From the NCBI GenBank assembly GCA_964016885.1, contig OZ024756.1:25172001-25236000 (forward strand): 64,000 bases of DNA, given 5' to 3'. Shown in pieces: positions 26,402-40,433 of the stretch. Position 1 is the first letter of the stretch; the number at the start of each line of letters is the position of its first letter. Both the position numbers and the translations under genes were made by a program. The notes beneath the pieces are model-generated. The model was not told where the DNA came from, did not search any database, and saw only the letters and a list, made by a program, of their open reading frames with translations. The stretch is from Eledone cirrhosa (Eukaryota).

Positions 26402-26716
26402 GTTGAAGCCACATACACCGATTATGATTTGTTGCATAATATATGCAGACAGAGGGTGCAGTACACCCTACTGCTGCATTAAGTGTGGCCGAAACTCGAG
26501 TCCGGGAACTATTATAGGCACCCGTTTTACGTGTGTTGTATTGAAGCGAATAACTATGTGTACACTCTGGGAATGTATCTTACATTGCCCATTGAGTACG
26601 CTGAGATACAACCGGTCCTGACATTGATAAATATGCTGGGTCCGTCAACTCCTTATTATATATAAAGTACCAGTAATGTACAGTAATGTGCCAAAAGTAG
26701 AAACAATTATATATAT

Positions 26717-26838
26717 AAACCACAGACCCTCCATCTCAACTCACCTTTTGAAAAGCAGAACTGCGAAACCGGTAAAGGAACCAAATAAATATATATATTT
26801 TTTTTTAAAATAAGACTCCAGTTGCATTTTCGATTTCA

Positions 26839-26840
<2 letters not shown>
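26717..26840 (+). mobile_element. PLE-type 3'-end repeat with degenerate hammerhead; copies at 31824-31945 (+) and 60135-60270 (-)
   Basis: cctt-TTGAAAA-GCAG-aa-CTGC-GAAA-CCGGTA-aagg, then AATAAA; three near-identical TA-flanked copies. Confidence 0.7.
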
Positions 26841-26871
<31 letters not shown>

Positions 26872-26874
<3 letters not shown>

Positions 26875-27125
26875 GTATAGGATTATCCAAGATGTAGTAA
26901 TGGTTAATTACTACACTGGATATGGTTGACGTACGGTAAGAGGTTACTCTACAAGTTATGGAAGAATTGTTGAAGAAACTTAGTTCCTGATCCTTCAGTA
27001 TTCCGGAGTGTATATAAATAATTTGCACGTAGCATAACTAGGCTGCAGTACCACCGTGGAAACACTTGTAAGCACACGGAATAAATTACCTTTTTATGAT
27101 GTCTACCTGTTATTATTCATTCTTT
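26872..27125 (+). mobile_element. TA-flanked repeat with internal inversion relative to its copy at 60295-60545
   Basis: 26877-27020 is direct to 60297-60440; 27021-27120 is reverse-complementary to 60441-60542. Confidence 0.75.
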
Positions 27126-27341
27126 ATATATATATATATATGCATTTCACATTATGTTTTAATTATTCAAAAGTTATTTTTAAGTGAACATGATTTTTTA
27201 AAAAAATATTTTGAAGCGAACGTGGCCCAACAGGTCACAGGTGGTCTAGTTTTTTTTTCTCATAAAAATAGGTTTTTAGTGTTGGTTTACTCTTGTCCAT
27301 TACTTCCTCCGTTTATTTTCTTCCTTTTTCTTCCTTTCTTT

Positions 27342-27441
<100 letters not shown>

Positions 27442-27524
27442 GGAGGTGAGTTTTATTGTAGTACAATAAAGCAATGCAGATATCGGATAAGAAGCACTCT
27501 ACAGTTTGTAGGACTGGAGTATAC

Positions 27525-27858
27525 ATAATATAAGATCAAAAGATGGTTAAAGGAGTTCCATGTATTTTATTATGCGCATTTCAAAAACAAACATCATCAT
27601 GCAATAATATTTGTGTTTTCATCAGATAAAACAGGAGAACATGATATGAAGGCTAAAAAACACTTGTGGATAGTGCAGTTTTAAATCAACATGTTGATTT
27701 AAAACTGCACTATCCACAAGTGTTTTTTAGCCTTCATATCATGTTCTCCTGTTTTATCTGATGAAAACACAAATATTATTGCATGATGATGTTTGTTTTT
27801 GAAATGCGCATAATAAAATACATGGAACTCCTTTAACCATCTTTTGATCTTATATTAT
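27525..27858. repeat. Perfect spacer-less palindrome (167-bp arms) carrying two hammerhead motifs
   Basis: Centre AACA|TGTT at 27691/27692; CTGATGA at 27758, GAAATGCGCATA at 27801, and mirror copy on the minus strand. Confidence 0.93.
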
Positions 27859-27882
27859 ATATATATATATATATATATCTTG

Positions 27883-27941
<59 letters not shown>

Positions 27942-28221
27942 TTTCTCTCTCTCTCTTTCTCTCCCTCTTTGTCCACAAATTGTAGTGAATGATAATGATA
28001 TTTTAATTGAATGATAATGATATTTTAATTAAATGAAATAAGATACCAATGTATTTCTTACAGTAAAGGTTGACGTGTTGGGGGCTGATCAGCGTAACAG
28101 CCTGGTCGTTGTTTAAATGATCTCTAGCCTGATTTTTACCAAGCCTATCATCAAAGATATTCATCTAACGACCATCCCATCTTTCAATCTTATTTCTTAA
28201 AGTTATGTCGTACTACGTTAT

Positions 28222-28415
28222 ATAATTGTTTCTACTTTTGGCACAAGGCTCGCAATTATCCCAGTGCATTACTGGTACTTTATTTTATCGACCCCCGTAA
28301 GGATAAAAGGTAAAGTTAATCTCGGCGGGATTTGAACTCAGACCGTAAAGGGGTATAACTCTATGCTGCATGGCATGGCGTCCGACCTTCTACCGATACT
28401 ACTAATCCCCCGCTC
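28222..28415 (-). mobile_element. SINE, full length
   Basis: Reverse complement of head, core and tail. Confidence 0.88.
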
Positions 28416-29179
28416 CTAATTATATTATATAATGTTGTATTTTTTCCTTACAGTAGGATATAATTTGACAGATTCTCGACTGTATTACTAGTAGATCATC
28501 CAATCATATAGCTGCTCCTTCCTTTGTTTGTGCAACAGCCGGGTTATATTCAAGACTAGTTTAGTCTAGCTATTTTTACTCACATACAGATACACACACA
28601 CATACACATTACATACTCATATACGTATATTCACATACATATACGTACACACGTGCGCGCGCGCGCGTGTGTGTGTGTGTGCGCGTGTATGTGTGTGTAT
28701 GTGTGTGTGTGTACTGCGGAACAAGACAACTATATTTATATATATCAAATTAAATATCTATTAAACTGCTTTGGTCAGGTCAGGCTTCTGTCTGCTACTG
28801 GTACCATGTAACCCAATACAATTTGCTCGATGGTCGAGAGGTCAGCGACTAAACCGGCTCCGTCACCAGACTTTGGTTTGGTGAGGAAGGTAAGTGGAAC
28901 TCCAAGAGCGGATGAACTCCTTCACCAACCCACAACTGGCTACATCCCTGACATGACCAAAACCAAGCAGAAAGCGGTGGATGTCAACCAGGGAAGGGTT
29001 CCTCCAACAGGTGTGAAAAGGCTCTGGATTGGATTGTTCACTTGCTGCAGAATTTAGGCCTACATCGCAGAGCAATTCTAAGTTTTGTATCTACAAGTAT
29101 TTATATACAGTGTTGTTCCACGGGATATTCAAATTCATGACTGCCCTCACATTGACATGGTTCTATTGAGGCAGCAGTA

Positions 29180-29650
29180 ATATATTGGCGATTATTTAAA
29201 AAGTGTTGGGTTCAATTGTAATGTAAAATGTTATGACCACTTTGTAACAAAAGAGATGAAAGTGCTGAAAAATGATGAAGCAAAAATTCTGTGAGATATT
29301 ACAATACAAATGGAAACAAAGATTGATCATAACAAACCAGACATAGAACTGATACTCAAGAAAGAAAAGGAATATTTTAGTATAAATGTAACATGCCCTT
29401 TTGACACGAGAATAATAGATAAAGAAAAAGAAAAGATATGAAGTTTTGAAAGTATGGAGGCGTGAAGTAAATAAGGTAATATTGGTACCAATAGTTAGAG
29501 GAGCCCTGGGATATGTAACAGACAATGTTATAAAAATATTGCAACAAATTGGATTTGATCTTGGTATAGAGCCTGTACAAAAAGCATGCCTACTTGGCCC
29601 TGCCAGAATAATTAGAAAAGTGTTGGATACCCCCTATAAGAGTATAAAGT
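29180..29650 (+). mobile_element. Degenerate R4/Dong-like LINE 3' fragment (RLE domain)
   Basis: HNKPDI, VTCPFDTRI..KEKEK, VPIVRGALG, VQKACLLG.ARIIRKVL across frameshifts. Confidence 0.7.
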
Positions 29651-29748
29651 AAATATTATTATCTTAAGCTCCGAAATGAAACCTGGCAGTAAGAAGAAAA
29701 ATGTCAGTAGTTAACATCAACACAATGCAATGATATATATATATACAC

Positions 29749-29806
<58 letters not shown>

Positions 29807-30175
29807 ATATATATATACTTATATATATATATATGTGTATATATATATATATATATGTGTATATATATATATATATATATGTGTATATATATATATAGAT
29901 ATATAGATATATAGATATAGATAGATATAGATATATATAGATATATATAGATATATATAGATATATATAGATATAGATATAGATATAGATAGATATAGAT
30001 AGATATATATAGATAGATATAGATAGATAGATACATATATACATATATATAGTTATATATATATAAAAACACATACATACGTATATGTATGTATACATGT
30101 GTATATACATACGTATATAGAAGCATAAGTTTATCTGCGTATATACACGTATAAGATTTTTCATAGCTTATTTAA

Positions 30176-30485
30176 TAATAATTGTTTCTACGTTAGGCAC
30201 AAGGCCAGCAATTACCCAGTGTATCACTGGTACTTTATTTTATCGACCCCGTAAGGATGAAAAGCAAAGTTAACCTCGGCGGGATTTGAACTCAGAATGG
30301 CAAGGGCCGTAACTCTATGCGTCAAAGCATGGCGTCCGACCCTCTACCGATACTGCCAATCCACATTATGATAATAATTGTTTCTACATTTTGGCACAAG
30401 GCCAGCAATCAACTAGTTCATTACTGGTACTTTATTTTATCGACCCCGTAAGGATGAAAGGCAAAGTCAACCTCGGCGGGATTTG
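30176..30485 (-). mobile_element. Two tandem SINEs (30176-30365; truncated 30373-30485); further degenerate copy 30759-30874
   Basis: Family match, (AAT)n junctions. Confidence 0.87.
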
Positions 30486-31164
30486 TGTGTATGCGTGTAT
30501 TCGTGTGTTTGTGTCAGTGCGTGTGCTTGTGTGAAATAGCATTCCTTCGGCTAAGAGGAGCCAGTAGTAAAAACAACAGCATTCAAAATATAATTGATAA
30601 CATTATCTTATCTATTATTTCAGCCAGTCCGTATGTCGAGTATTTGTAATAATTACACAACGTGGACATATTTCATATTTCACGATAAAAAGAAGGAACA
30701 TTTTTGCTGTGTATTTTTGTTCTTTATAGAAAGACAAGCTATAAATAAAGTAAGCCATAATAATTGTTTCTGCTTTTGGCACAAGGCCAGCAATTTGAAA
30801 GGAAGAAGAAAGTCGATTAAATCGACTCCAATGCGTTATTGGTAGTTTATTTTATCAACCTCGGTGGAATTTGAAAGTAAGCTGTTGCTGTGGCCTTTGT
30901 TGTAGTTGCTGCTGCTGTTGTTGTTGATGATGAAGTTGTTGTTTTTGTTGCTGTTATTGTTGATGTTAATGCATCTAATTACTCTCCGAGGGATTTTAGA
31001 GTTTGTCTTCGATATAAATATTTACCACTTTTCTAAATTTCTATAATTTATTTCCCTCTTTCGGGTTTAATTCAGTATGTAGTATGTATATATGTGCGCA
31101 TTGGATGATCTTATTTACATATATATACATTTCCACTCACACACATACGAAGGATTTTTGGAAG

Positions 31165-31372
31165 TTATCCAGGGTCTCCGAGTGTGTCGTCGCACTTGCC
31201 CACCACTAATCCTCTATAGAACTCGAGAGTGGAAGTTCCACTGACCCCATTGCCCGCCTGGTAGAGGACAGTGAGTGCCTGGCAACATTCCAGATGCCAG
31301 TCACCCAGTCTCGGTCTCTTCTTGACCCAGGACTGCAGCTCAGTCAAAGAGACGAGCTGACAAACGACGGAA
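31165..31372 (-). mobile_element. Fragment of Tx1/L1-like ORF2
   Basis: TELQSWVKKRPRLGDWHLECCQALT..FYRGLV..DDTLG matches the 53005-56436 protein. Confidence 0.85.
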
Positions 31373-31461
31373 ATCCCTACTTTGTAAATAAATGTTTTGA
31401 TGTTATACTGAAAAAAATTCCTCTAGCATTTTCTACTGTATTTTTTTCCTTTTTACTATTT

Positions 31462-31505
<44 letters not shown>

Positions 31506-31512
<7 letters not shown>

Positions 31513-31742
31513 TAAAGTTAGTCCTTCATCAGTGATCTTCCAACCATCATTGGTATTTCATCGCTTTAAAGACCATATACCTCCGGCTGGTGCGAGCAAC
31601 GGCTAAAAAAAGTCGTTGGGACACGTAAATAAAGGGGACACGAGAGTGTTGCTCGCACCAACCGGAGGTATATGGTCTTTAAAGCGATGAAATACCAATG
31701 ATGGTTGGAAGATCACTGATGAAGGACTAACTTTATTCATAT
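31506..31742. repeat. Fold-back inverted repeat (about 94-bp arms, 47-bp spacer), TA-flanked
   Basis: 31506-31600 vs 31648-31742, about one mismatch. Confidence 0.93.
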
Positions 31743-31774
31743 GTAACCCATTAGCAACCACGCAGCCCGTTTAT

Positions 31775-31827
<53 letters not shown>

Positions 31828-32153
31828 CACAAACCCTCCATCTCATTTCTACTTTTGAAAAGCAGAAGAACTGCGAAACCGGTAAAGGAACCAAATAAAT
31901 ATATTTTTAAAAAAAAAGATTCCAGTTGCATTTTCGATTTCATCTTTTTTCCTTATACTTTCACTCATGTAGGACACCTCGGTTATTTTTTCATTTTGTA
32001 AAAGAAACCTCACTTTCTAATATACATATATATATATATAAAGAATTAATATCTAGTAACATATATATACATACAGATGCATATCAATGCTAGCAAATAT
32101 ATAGGTTTTGTCTTAGTAACTTTGTGGTTCAATGCATGGGTTGCAGAACAATA

Positions 32154-32259
32154 ATATGAGAGACGTAAAATAAGAAAATTATAAAATTAACTTACTTACT
32201 AAAATTTAACTCCCACCATTTTAGTAAGTAAGTTAATTTTATAATTTTCTTATTTTACG

Positions 32260-32269
<10 letters not shown>
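32154..32269. repeat. Perfect inverted repeat (52-bp arms, 12-bp spacer) next to (TA)n
   Basis: 32154-32205 vs 32218-32269. Confidence 0.93.
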
Positions 32270-32355
<86 letters not shown>

Positions 32356-32435
32356 AGTAAGGCTGCTAAGGATGCTAGGATGTGTCAATAGGCGGTATGC
32401 CAGTTGAGCACTCTATGCTTCTTCGCAGCAGAGTA

Positions 32436-32761
32436 TAATAATAATATGGAAACCAAGAATCAGTGATGCATCGGAACACAATTTATTACGTATTACAATT
32501 GTTTCATCGGCGAACTCTTGGTCTATCGACGGGCCGCGCAAAGAGGATGATAGCAGATAATAGAAATTCTAAGGATCGGAGCCTAACAGAAAGAGGATTT
32601 GCTTCGAAATCTTTAGACGTATCTGAGGAACTTGCGAATCCAGAGTCAGGTTCGATCCATAAACAGATCGCACCTCGAGCTGTTCGCCGGAGAAACAATT
32701 GTAATACGTAATAAACTGTGTTCCGATGCATCACTGATTCTTCGTTTTCCATATTATTATT
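32436..32761. repeat. Inverted repeat (about 80-bp arms, about 165-bp spacer)
   Basis: 32436-32515 vs 32682-32761; arms contain GAAACAATTGTA and AATAAA. Confidence 0.88.
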
Positions 32762-32787
32762 ATTATCATTATTATTATTGTTATTAT

Positions 32788-32852
<65 letters not shown>

Positions 32853-32926
32853 AAAAGAGAAAGAGAGGGAGAGAGAGAGAAAGCGAGAGAGAGAAAGAGA
32901 GAGAGAGTGAGTGAGAGAGAGAGAGA

Positions 32927-33018
32927 TTCATACACACCTTAGCGTGTATTAAGATATATCAAAGCTCAAAGTCTTTAAGCATTGATATATATTAGTACGC
33001 GCTTAGGTGTGTATGAAT
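32927..33018. repeat. Imperfect short palindrome
   Basis: TTCATACACACCTTAGCGTGTA vs TACGCGCTTAGGTGTGTATGAA. Confidence 0.75.
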
Positions 33019-33145
33019 ATATTTCATTAACTTTCTTATAATTGATTAAGACTCGATTTTATTATCTTGAGCTGTTTTTAGAGACAAAACATATGTTTGA
33101 TTTTGTATAATTCATGACTTCCTTTACTTTGAATGTTATACATAT

Positions 33146-33182
<37 letters not shown>

Positions 33183-33959
33183 CGTGTGCGCACGTATGTA
33201 TATTTGTGAAGCATATATATATATACTGTATATATATCCATTAATTTTAATGAGTAATATTATTTTCGTTGTGTCTTCTGTATGTTGAATGTGATGTTGC
33301 CCTGTAGCATCTGAGAGGATATTGTATTTACTCAATTATATTTCTTTTATTTTCTTTCAGTCTGCAAAATGAAAACTGTCCTTGACATCCTGTTGGCGGT
33401 TTGATGCTAAGCCGCCTCACTGAAATATATCGTAGACAGCGACATTAAGTTGCTATATGTTAAGAATACAAAGTTAGAAATAAAGGAGTAAAAACGAGAG
33501 TGAAGTTATATAAAACAAGATAACAGTTTACACCTTATATTTCACGATGTTTTCAAAGTAAATGATATAAAATTGAATGTATCTCCGTCGGTTACGACGA
33601 TGAATGGTTCAGTTGTTCGATCAACCAAACAACCTGATATTGAAATTAACGTGCATCAGGCTCTAATATTTGTAATAGTAACATATTCGAAATTGACAAA
33701 TATTTCCGAGCAATATTGTTGCCGTTTTCCTATTTAATAGAGAATGTCATGAAAATCAAATAAATTTATTCTCGTTATCGCCCAGACATAAAGTAAGAGA
33801 GTCTGCAGTAATATTTCTTTCAGAAATGCAATGAATCTCCGTTGATTTCAACGACGAGTGTTCCTGTTGTTTGATCAATGGAATCATTTTCTTGTTAAAT
33901 TAACTTGCAGGTGACAGTGCATTCCACAAACATGTGTACGTTCGATGTAATTCTCTCTC

Positions 33960-34016
<57 letters not shown>

Positions 34017-34661
34017 ACTCACTCACTCTCTCTCTCTCTCTTTTTTTTTCTTTCTCTCCTTCTCTCTCTTTCTCTCCCCCCCCCTCTCTCTCACTTTGGA
34101 TTGGCTACATTGCAACGTAAAAAGAGTTATGAGTGGCCTCCACTCAGAATCTTAACAGAGTGAACCCCTCTAAATGATTCCATAGGACAAGTGGTAGTGT
34201 TAAACAAATTAACCGATCAAGTCTACTACGCAAGAGCTAGGGACGCAAAGAGCCGAAATAAACACCACAGGGAACCTCGCTTGAGGATTAAACAATTCCA
34301 CCAATCCAGTGCCATCTTGGACTAGTACTTTATTTAATCGACTCCCGAAAGAATGACTGGTAAAGTTTAACCTCGACGAGTTTTTGTTTTCAGGTTACAG
34401 GGAGGTTTGTTTTGTCCTGTGTACACTCTAACGACTCTGCCAATTCATCACATATAATCTCTGGCCCTTCATGAAGGCAATGTACACCACAGCTTCCCCC
34501 ATCACCGCTTTTCCTGTGTACTTAAAACGTTGTAATTATGTAAAAAAATCAACACTGAAGGCGGCTTGTAAGCAACGTTCATTGGAGAGTGGAAATCTCT
34601 TAGCATAGCATGTCTACATTAGGATCTTGTTCAAATCGTTAATAGTTGTCATATTAGGTGC

Positions 34662-34830
34662 AGGGGGCATAGTTCTGAGGTTAAGGAGCGTGCTTCGGGA
34701 CAATGTGATACTGGATTCAATCTTACCGCACCTCACTTTGGTCAAGTGTTTGCTACTATAGCCTCTAAGTGACCAATGTCTTGTGAATGGAATTTGGTAG
34801 ACGGAAACTGCATAAGCCTATCGTACACAT
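34662..34830 (+). mobile_element. Older tRNA-derived SINE of a second family
   Basis: tRNA-like head (GGTTAAGGAGCG..GGATTCAATC) and tail GAATTTGGTAGACGGAAACTG..AAGCC.ATCGTA before a (CA/TA)n tract. Confidence 0.55.
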
Positions 34831-34994
34831 ACATGCGCGCGCGCATATATATATGACAGTAAATAATAACATTGAAATATTGAATGTCTGCATAACTAAA
34901 ACTTTGTAGATAGCAGCTGTTTTCAGGTTATGTAACTGTTATAGAAACACGTGTCAATAAATTCCTTTCAACTAAACTGTATCCATTCAAATCT

Positions 34995-35034
<40 letters not shown>

Positions 35035-35074
35035 CTCATATGACAAAATTTGAAGAAAATCCTCCCTAGTATGA

Positions 35075-35412
35075 TGTCTGCACCCTACTGACTAAAACCA
35101 GTAACAGAATAGTGCCACAGCATGACCGCAATCTACTGACTGAAACCAGTAAAAGAATTGTGCTCCAGCATAACCGCAGTCTACTGACGGAAACCACTAA
35201 AAGAATTTCTGCCCCAGCATGACCGCAGTCCACTGACTAAAACCAGTAAAAGAATTTCTGCCCCAGCATGTCCGCAGTCTACTGACTGAAACCAGTAAAA
35301 GAATAGCCCCCGCCCTCTCTCTCTTCAGCATGACCGCAGTCTACTGACGGAAACCACTAAAAGAATTGTGCCCTAGAATGACCGCAGTCTACTGACTGAA
35401 ACCATTCAAAGA
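35075..35412 (+). repeat. Tandem array of about 7 units of about 49 bp (CAGCATGACCGCAGTCTACTGACTGAAACCAGTAAAAGAAT..)
   Basis: CAT(G/A)ACCGCA-like cores at about 35121, 35169, 35218, 35267, 35329, 35378. Confidence 0.88.
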
Positions 35413-35704
35413 CTAAGAAAAAAAAATACAATATCGTGTGATTCGATATATGACTGAATGTCATATGTATCTCATTTCTTCTCTCCTACAAATCTGACGA
35501 CTCGAGCTGAATATGTAAAAGAAAAAGAAAGACAAAAATCGATATTAGATTAATCGATATTTTTGAATTCAAATGATTGGTTAGAAAAGGAACAGCAAAA
35601 GATGTTACCAAATACCTGAAGTATTATATCATTACAGGAATTTGGAATTTTGATGTTATGTGTGGTGTGTTCGTTTGACTCTTCTAGATATCATTATCAT
35701 GTGA

Positions 35705-35882
35705 ATTGGCAGTATTAGTAGAGGGTCAGACATGCTTTCCAGCGTAGTTACGTCCCTTTACGATCTGAGTTCAAATCCCGCTGAGGTTAACTTTGCCTTT
35801 CATCCTTACGGAGTCGATCAAATAAAGTACCAGTTATGTACTGGGTAATTGCTGGCTTTGTGCCAAAAGTAGAAACAATTAT
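35705..35882 (+). mobile_element. SINE
   Basis: Head, B-box, core and tail. Confidence 0.87.
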
Positions 35883-36104
35883 CATATATATATATACATA
35901 GAGAGAAGCCTATAATTATATGTACGTTTGGATCCGTAACTCCTGATGATGTCGTATGGGTATCGTAGTGACATATGATGTGGCTTGAGTATTTTAAACA
36001 TGGCGGCGTCCATACCCTCTCCAGGTCTGAACAAAGCTTATTTCTTCCAGTGAAGGAGAAAGAAAGAGAGAAAATGATAGAGAGAAAGTTTGAAAGCGAT
36101 ATAA

Positions 36105-36592
36105 ATCAACCCAAGTACTGGACTGGTACTTTATTATAGACTCTGAGAGGATGAAAAACAATATTGAATTTAATGGGATTTGAACGCAGGAAAACGCAGA
36201 GAGCCGGATCGAATACCGCAAAGCTCTCCATCCGACGTTCTAAAGAGCGTGTCAATTTGTGGCCTGTTATAAATATATGCAGGTATGCATAATCCGGTAA
36301 AACCCGAGTGAGTCGCAGTGGTGCTGTATTGACATTTATTTAAAACCTGGCGGAACCTAATCCTCTCCAGGTCTGAATACAGCAGATTTTTTCCCGAGAA
36401 CTATGGAAAGTGAGAGAAAGGGATTTAGAGGAAGAATCGACCCAGTACTTTACTGGTACTTTTTTTATCGACCTCGAATAGATGAAAGGCAAAATTGGCT
36501 CCGGTGGGATTTGAACTCAGAGAATAGAGAGCCGAAACGAATACCAAAGAACATTCTATCCGACGTTCTAATGACTCTGCCAATTCACCGTC
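36105..36592 (-). mobile_element. Two old diverged SINE copies (36105-36265, 36420-36592); similar relics at 34310-34450 and 61895-62035
   Basis: Degenerate ACTGGTACTTTATT..ATCGAC..GATGAAAGGCAAA..GGGATTTGAAC. Confidence 0.6.
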
Positions 36593-37599
36593 TTATAAAT
36601 ATATAAACACAAAGATATCTATGAGGATAAATGTGCATTGCTTAGTGGTTAGGGTACTGAGACTACGATCGTAAGGTCGTGAATTTAATTTCCTGTCAGG
36701 GTGACGCGTTATGTCATTGAGCAAGTACATGTTGCTTCAGTCCGCACAGCTAGGAGGAAAAACACTACTGTTGAGCTGTATCGGTCTTTTCCTTTCCATT
36801 GGACAGCATCGGTGTAGAGATGAAAGACAATATGCAGGTGGCTGAGCATTCCATGTGTACATGTAAGCCTTAACGTAGTTCTCAGGGAGATTCAAAATGA
36901 CATGACTCAGTGTGACAAAGCTGGCTCTTTGAATTACAGGCACGATGCATTTTTTTTCTTTTTGAGAGGACCGAAACAATATGAAAGTGTCTTGCTCAAA
37001 GACACAACACATCTCCGGAAATCGAACTCATGTCTTTGCAATCGTCAGTCGAACGCCCTAACGATTAAACCAGGCACTTTTGTTGATAGCTGTAAACACA
37101 CACACACATACACAAATTGGATATATTTCTTTATTTGCCACAAGGGCGCACAAGAAAAGGGGACAAAACAAAGACACATGCCGGGGATTTTACAAACAGT
37201 CGTGTAAAAATATTGAAACAAACAAGGGTTGTACTACTACGGGCCAGAGCAGACCTGGGAGTTATTACAACTAAGGAGTAACTCCACATTCCCCACAGCT
37301 CCCGAACTCCCGAACTGGAGCCTTGCCACTGGATGTAGTTTAATGTCATATCCAGGACATTATCTTACTATATAATGTTAATATATATTAGTTTAACGCT
37401 TAGAACAGTAGGAAATGAATCAACGTTTCGGACGTTAGCCCTCCATCAGAAGATAGAATTAGAGAGAAAAGAGAGGATGTATTTTATAAGGGGCTGTTTC
37501 TGTGTACTAAATTCCACTCACAAGGCATTTTTCAACCCTAGGTTATAAATAGAAAACGCTTGCTCAGGATCTGCACAGTGGGACTGAACCTGGAATCCC

Positions 37600-38590
37600 T
37601 TATGTGTATGTGCGATATCACTATATGTGTGTATATGCCTTATGGCTATGTGTGTATGTATTATATCACTATATGTGTGTATATGTTATATGTCTATATG
37701 TGTGTATGTGTTATATCACTATATGTGTGTTTATGTTATATGCCTATCTGTGTGTATGTGTTATATCACTATATGTGTGTATATGTTATATGTCTATATG
37801 TGTGTATGTGTTATATCACTATATGTCTATCTGTGTGTATGTGTTATATCACTATATGTGTGTATATGCCTTATGGCTATGTGTGTATGTATTATATCAC
37901 TATATGTGTGTATATGTTATATGTCTATATGTGTGTATGTGTTATATCACTATATGTGTGTATATGTTATATGTCTATATGTGTGTATGTGTTATATCAC
38001 TATATGTGTGTATATGTTATATGTCTATATGTGTGTATGTGTTATATCACTATATGTGTGTATATGTTATATGTCTATATGTGTGTATGTGTTATATCAC
38101 TATATGTGTGTATATGTTATATGTGTATATGTTATATGTCTATATATGTGTATGTATTATATCACTATATGTGTGTATATGTTATATGTCTATATGTGTG
38201 TATGTGTTATATCACTATATGTGTGTATATGTTATATGTCTATATGTGTGTATGTGTTATATCACTATATGTGTGTATATGTTATATGTCTATATGTGTG
38301 TGTGTATTATATCACTATATGTGTGTTTATGTTATATGTCTATCTGTGTGTATGTGTTATATCACTATATGTGTGTTTATGTTATATGTCTATCTGCGTG
38401 TATGTATTATATCACTATATGTGTGTTTATGTTATATGTCTATCTGTGTGTATGTGTTATATCACTATATGTGTGTTTATGTTATATGTCTATCTGTGTG
38501 TATGTATTATATCACTATATGTGTGTTTATGTTATATGTCTATCTGTGTGTATGTGTTATATCACTATATGTGTGTTTATGTTATGTCTA
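37600..38590. repeat. 50-bp-unit minisatellite (about 20 units) built from TA/TG dinucleotides
   Basis: TATATCAC recurs every 50 bp (ending 37900, 37950, 38000, 38050, 38100). Confidence 0.92.
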
Positions 38591-38614
38591 TTGAGTGTAT
38601 GTCTAATTATTACT

Positions 38615-38701
<87 letters not shown>

Positions 38702-38842
38702 GCGCGTATGTGTGCATGTGTGCGCGTGAGTGTCATATTTGACGTCAAAATATAACTTATACAAACCATCTGTTACTTTGATTACATTTGTTGGGTGGCT
38801 TATATATATATATGTATATATATATACTGTATATATAATATG

Positions 38843-38892
<50 letters not shown>

Positions 38893-38911
38893 TATACACA
38901 CACACATACAT

Positions 38912-38986
<75 letters not shown>

Positions 38987-39015
38987 TATACACACACACA
39001 TACATACACATACAT

Positions 39016-39068
<53 letters not shown>

Positions 39069-39094
39069 TATATACACACACATACATACACACA

Positions 39095-39156
<62 letters not shown>

Positions 39157-39182
39157 TATATACACACACATACATACACACA

Positions 39183-39247
<65 letters not shown>

Positions 39248-39659
39248 AAACAAACATAGCTGAAACAACTGTAATTACCAACCGCCCCAACCACCCCACT
39301 ACCACAACCAAACCAACACCACCAACACCACCACCACCACCACAACAACAACAACAACAACAACGTCAATGGAAGATTACGAGGAAAATATGCAAACGAA
39401 GGAAACAATAGATGTGGAAACCATAAAACAGGTTGGCGACGTGGTGCAGGGGTTGAGGGTGGCGCGAGGAAGGGAATGGAAAGAGAAAGAGGTAATGTCA
39501 CCACTTTGCTTTAGAATAAAATGTATTTCATTGGTAAATATTCCTTGAAAAATATGTAAAGGACGATTATAAACCATGTCAGAAACCTGGAACAATATAT
39601 AACAGCCATTTTGATATACATGTAATGAAGACGTGACAACCAAACTACCAGTCAACCAT

Positions 39660-39886
39660 CTTCGTCTTTCTTTCTTACTTACTTCCATTCGCTTTCTTTC
39701 TTTCTCTTTCTTTCTTTCTCTTTGTTTCTTTCTCTTTGTTTCTTACTTCCATTCGCTTTCTTTCTTTCTTTCTTTTTCTTTCTGTCTTTCTTTCTCTTTC
39801 TTTCTTTCTTACTTCCATTCGCTTTCTTTCTTTCTCTTTCTTTCTTTCTTTCTTTCTTACTTCCATTCTTCCATTCTTTCTTTTTT

Positions 39887-39918
<32 letters not shown>

Positions 39919-40100
39919 ACTTCCAATCTTCCATTCTTTCTTTCTTTCTTTCTTTCTTTCTTTTTCTTACTGCCATTCTTTCTTTCTTTTTCTTACTTCC
40001 ATTCCTTCTTTCTTTCTTTCTTTTTCTTACTTCCATTCCTTCTTTCTTTCTTTTTCTTTTTTACTTCCATTGATTCTTTCCTTCTTTCTTTCTTTCAATC
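39660..40100. repeat. (CTTT)n tract punctuated by CTTACTTCCATTC
   Basis: Direct reading. Confidence 0.9.
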
Positions 40101-40374
40101 TTCTTTTGTTTATTTGTTTGTTCGTTTCTTTCTTTCTCTTATACCTTCTTTCTGTCTATATTTCTTCTATTATATCTTCTATTATACTCTCTTTCTTGTT
40201 CTTACCTGTTCTTACCTGTTCTTACCTGTTATTGGCTTCGTATAAAGTCTCGTCTGTGTCGTTCTTAAACGTCACTTTAACACCTGCCGCCTTTCACTGG
40301 TACTTCAAAACTCGTTAATTTGTTAACTCAGAGAAGAAATTATACGAGGTATACAGTCGCTTATCTATTTTATA

Positions 40375-40433
<59 letters not shown>

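Noticed and set aside
35075-35412. CRISPR-like regular repeats
   Set aside because: Units are contiguous with no unique spacers, no cas genes, eukaryotic context
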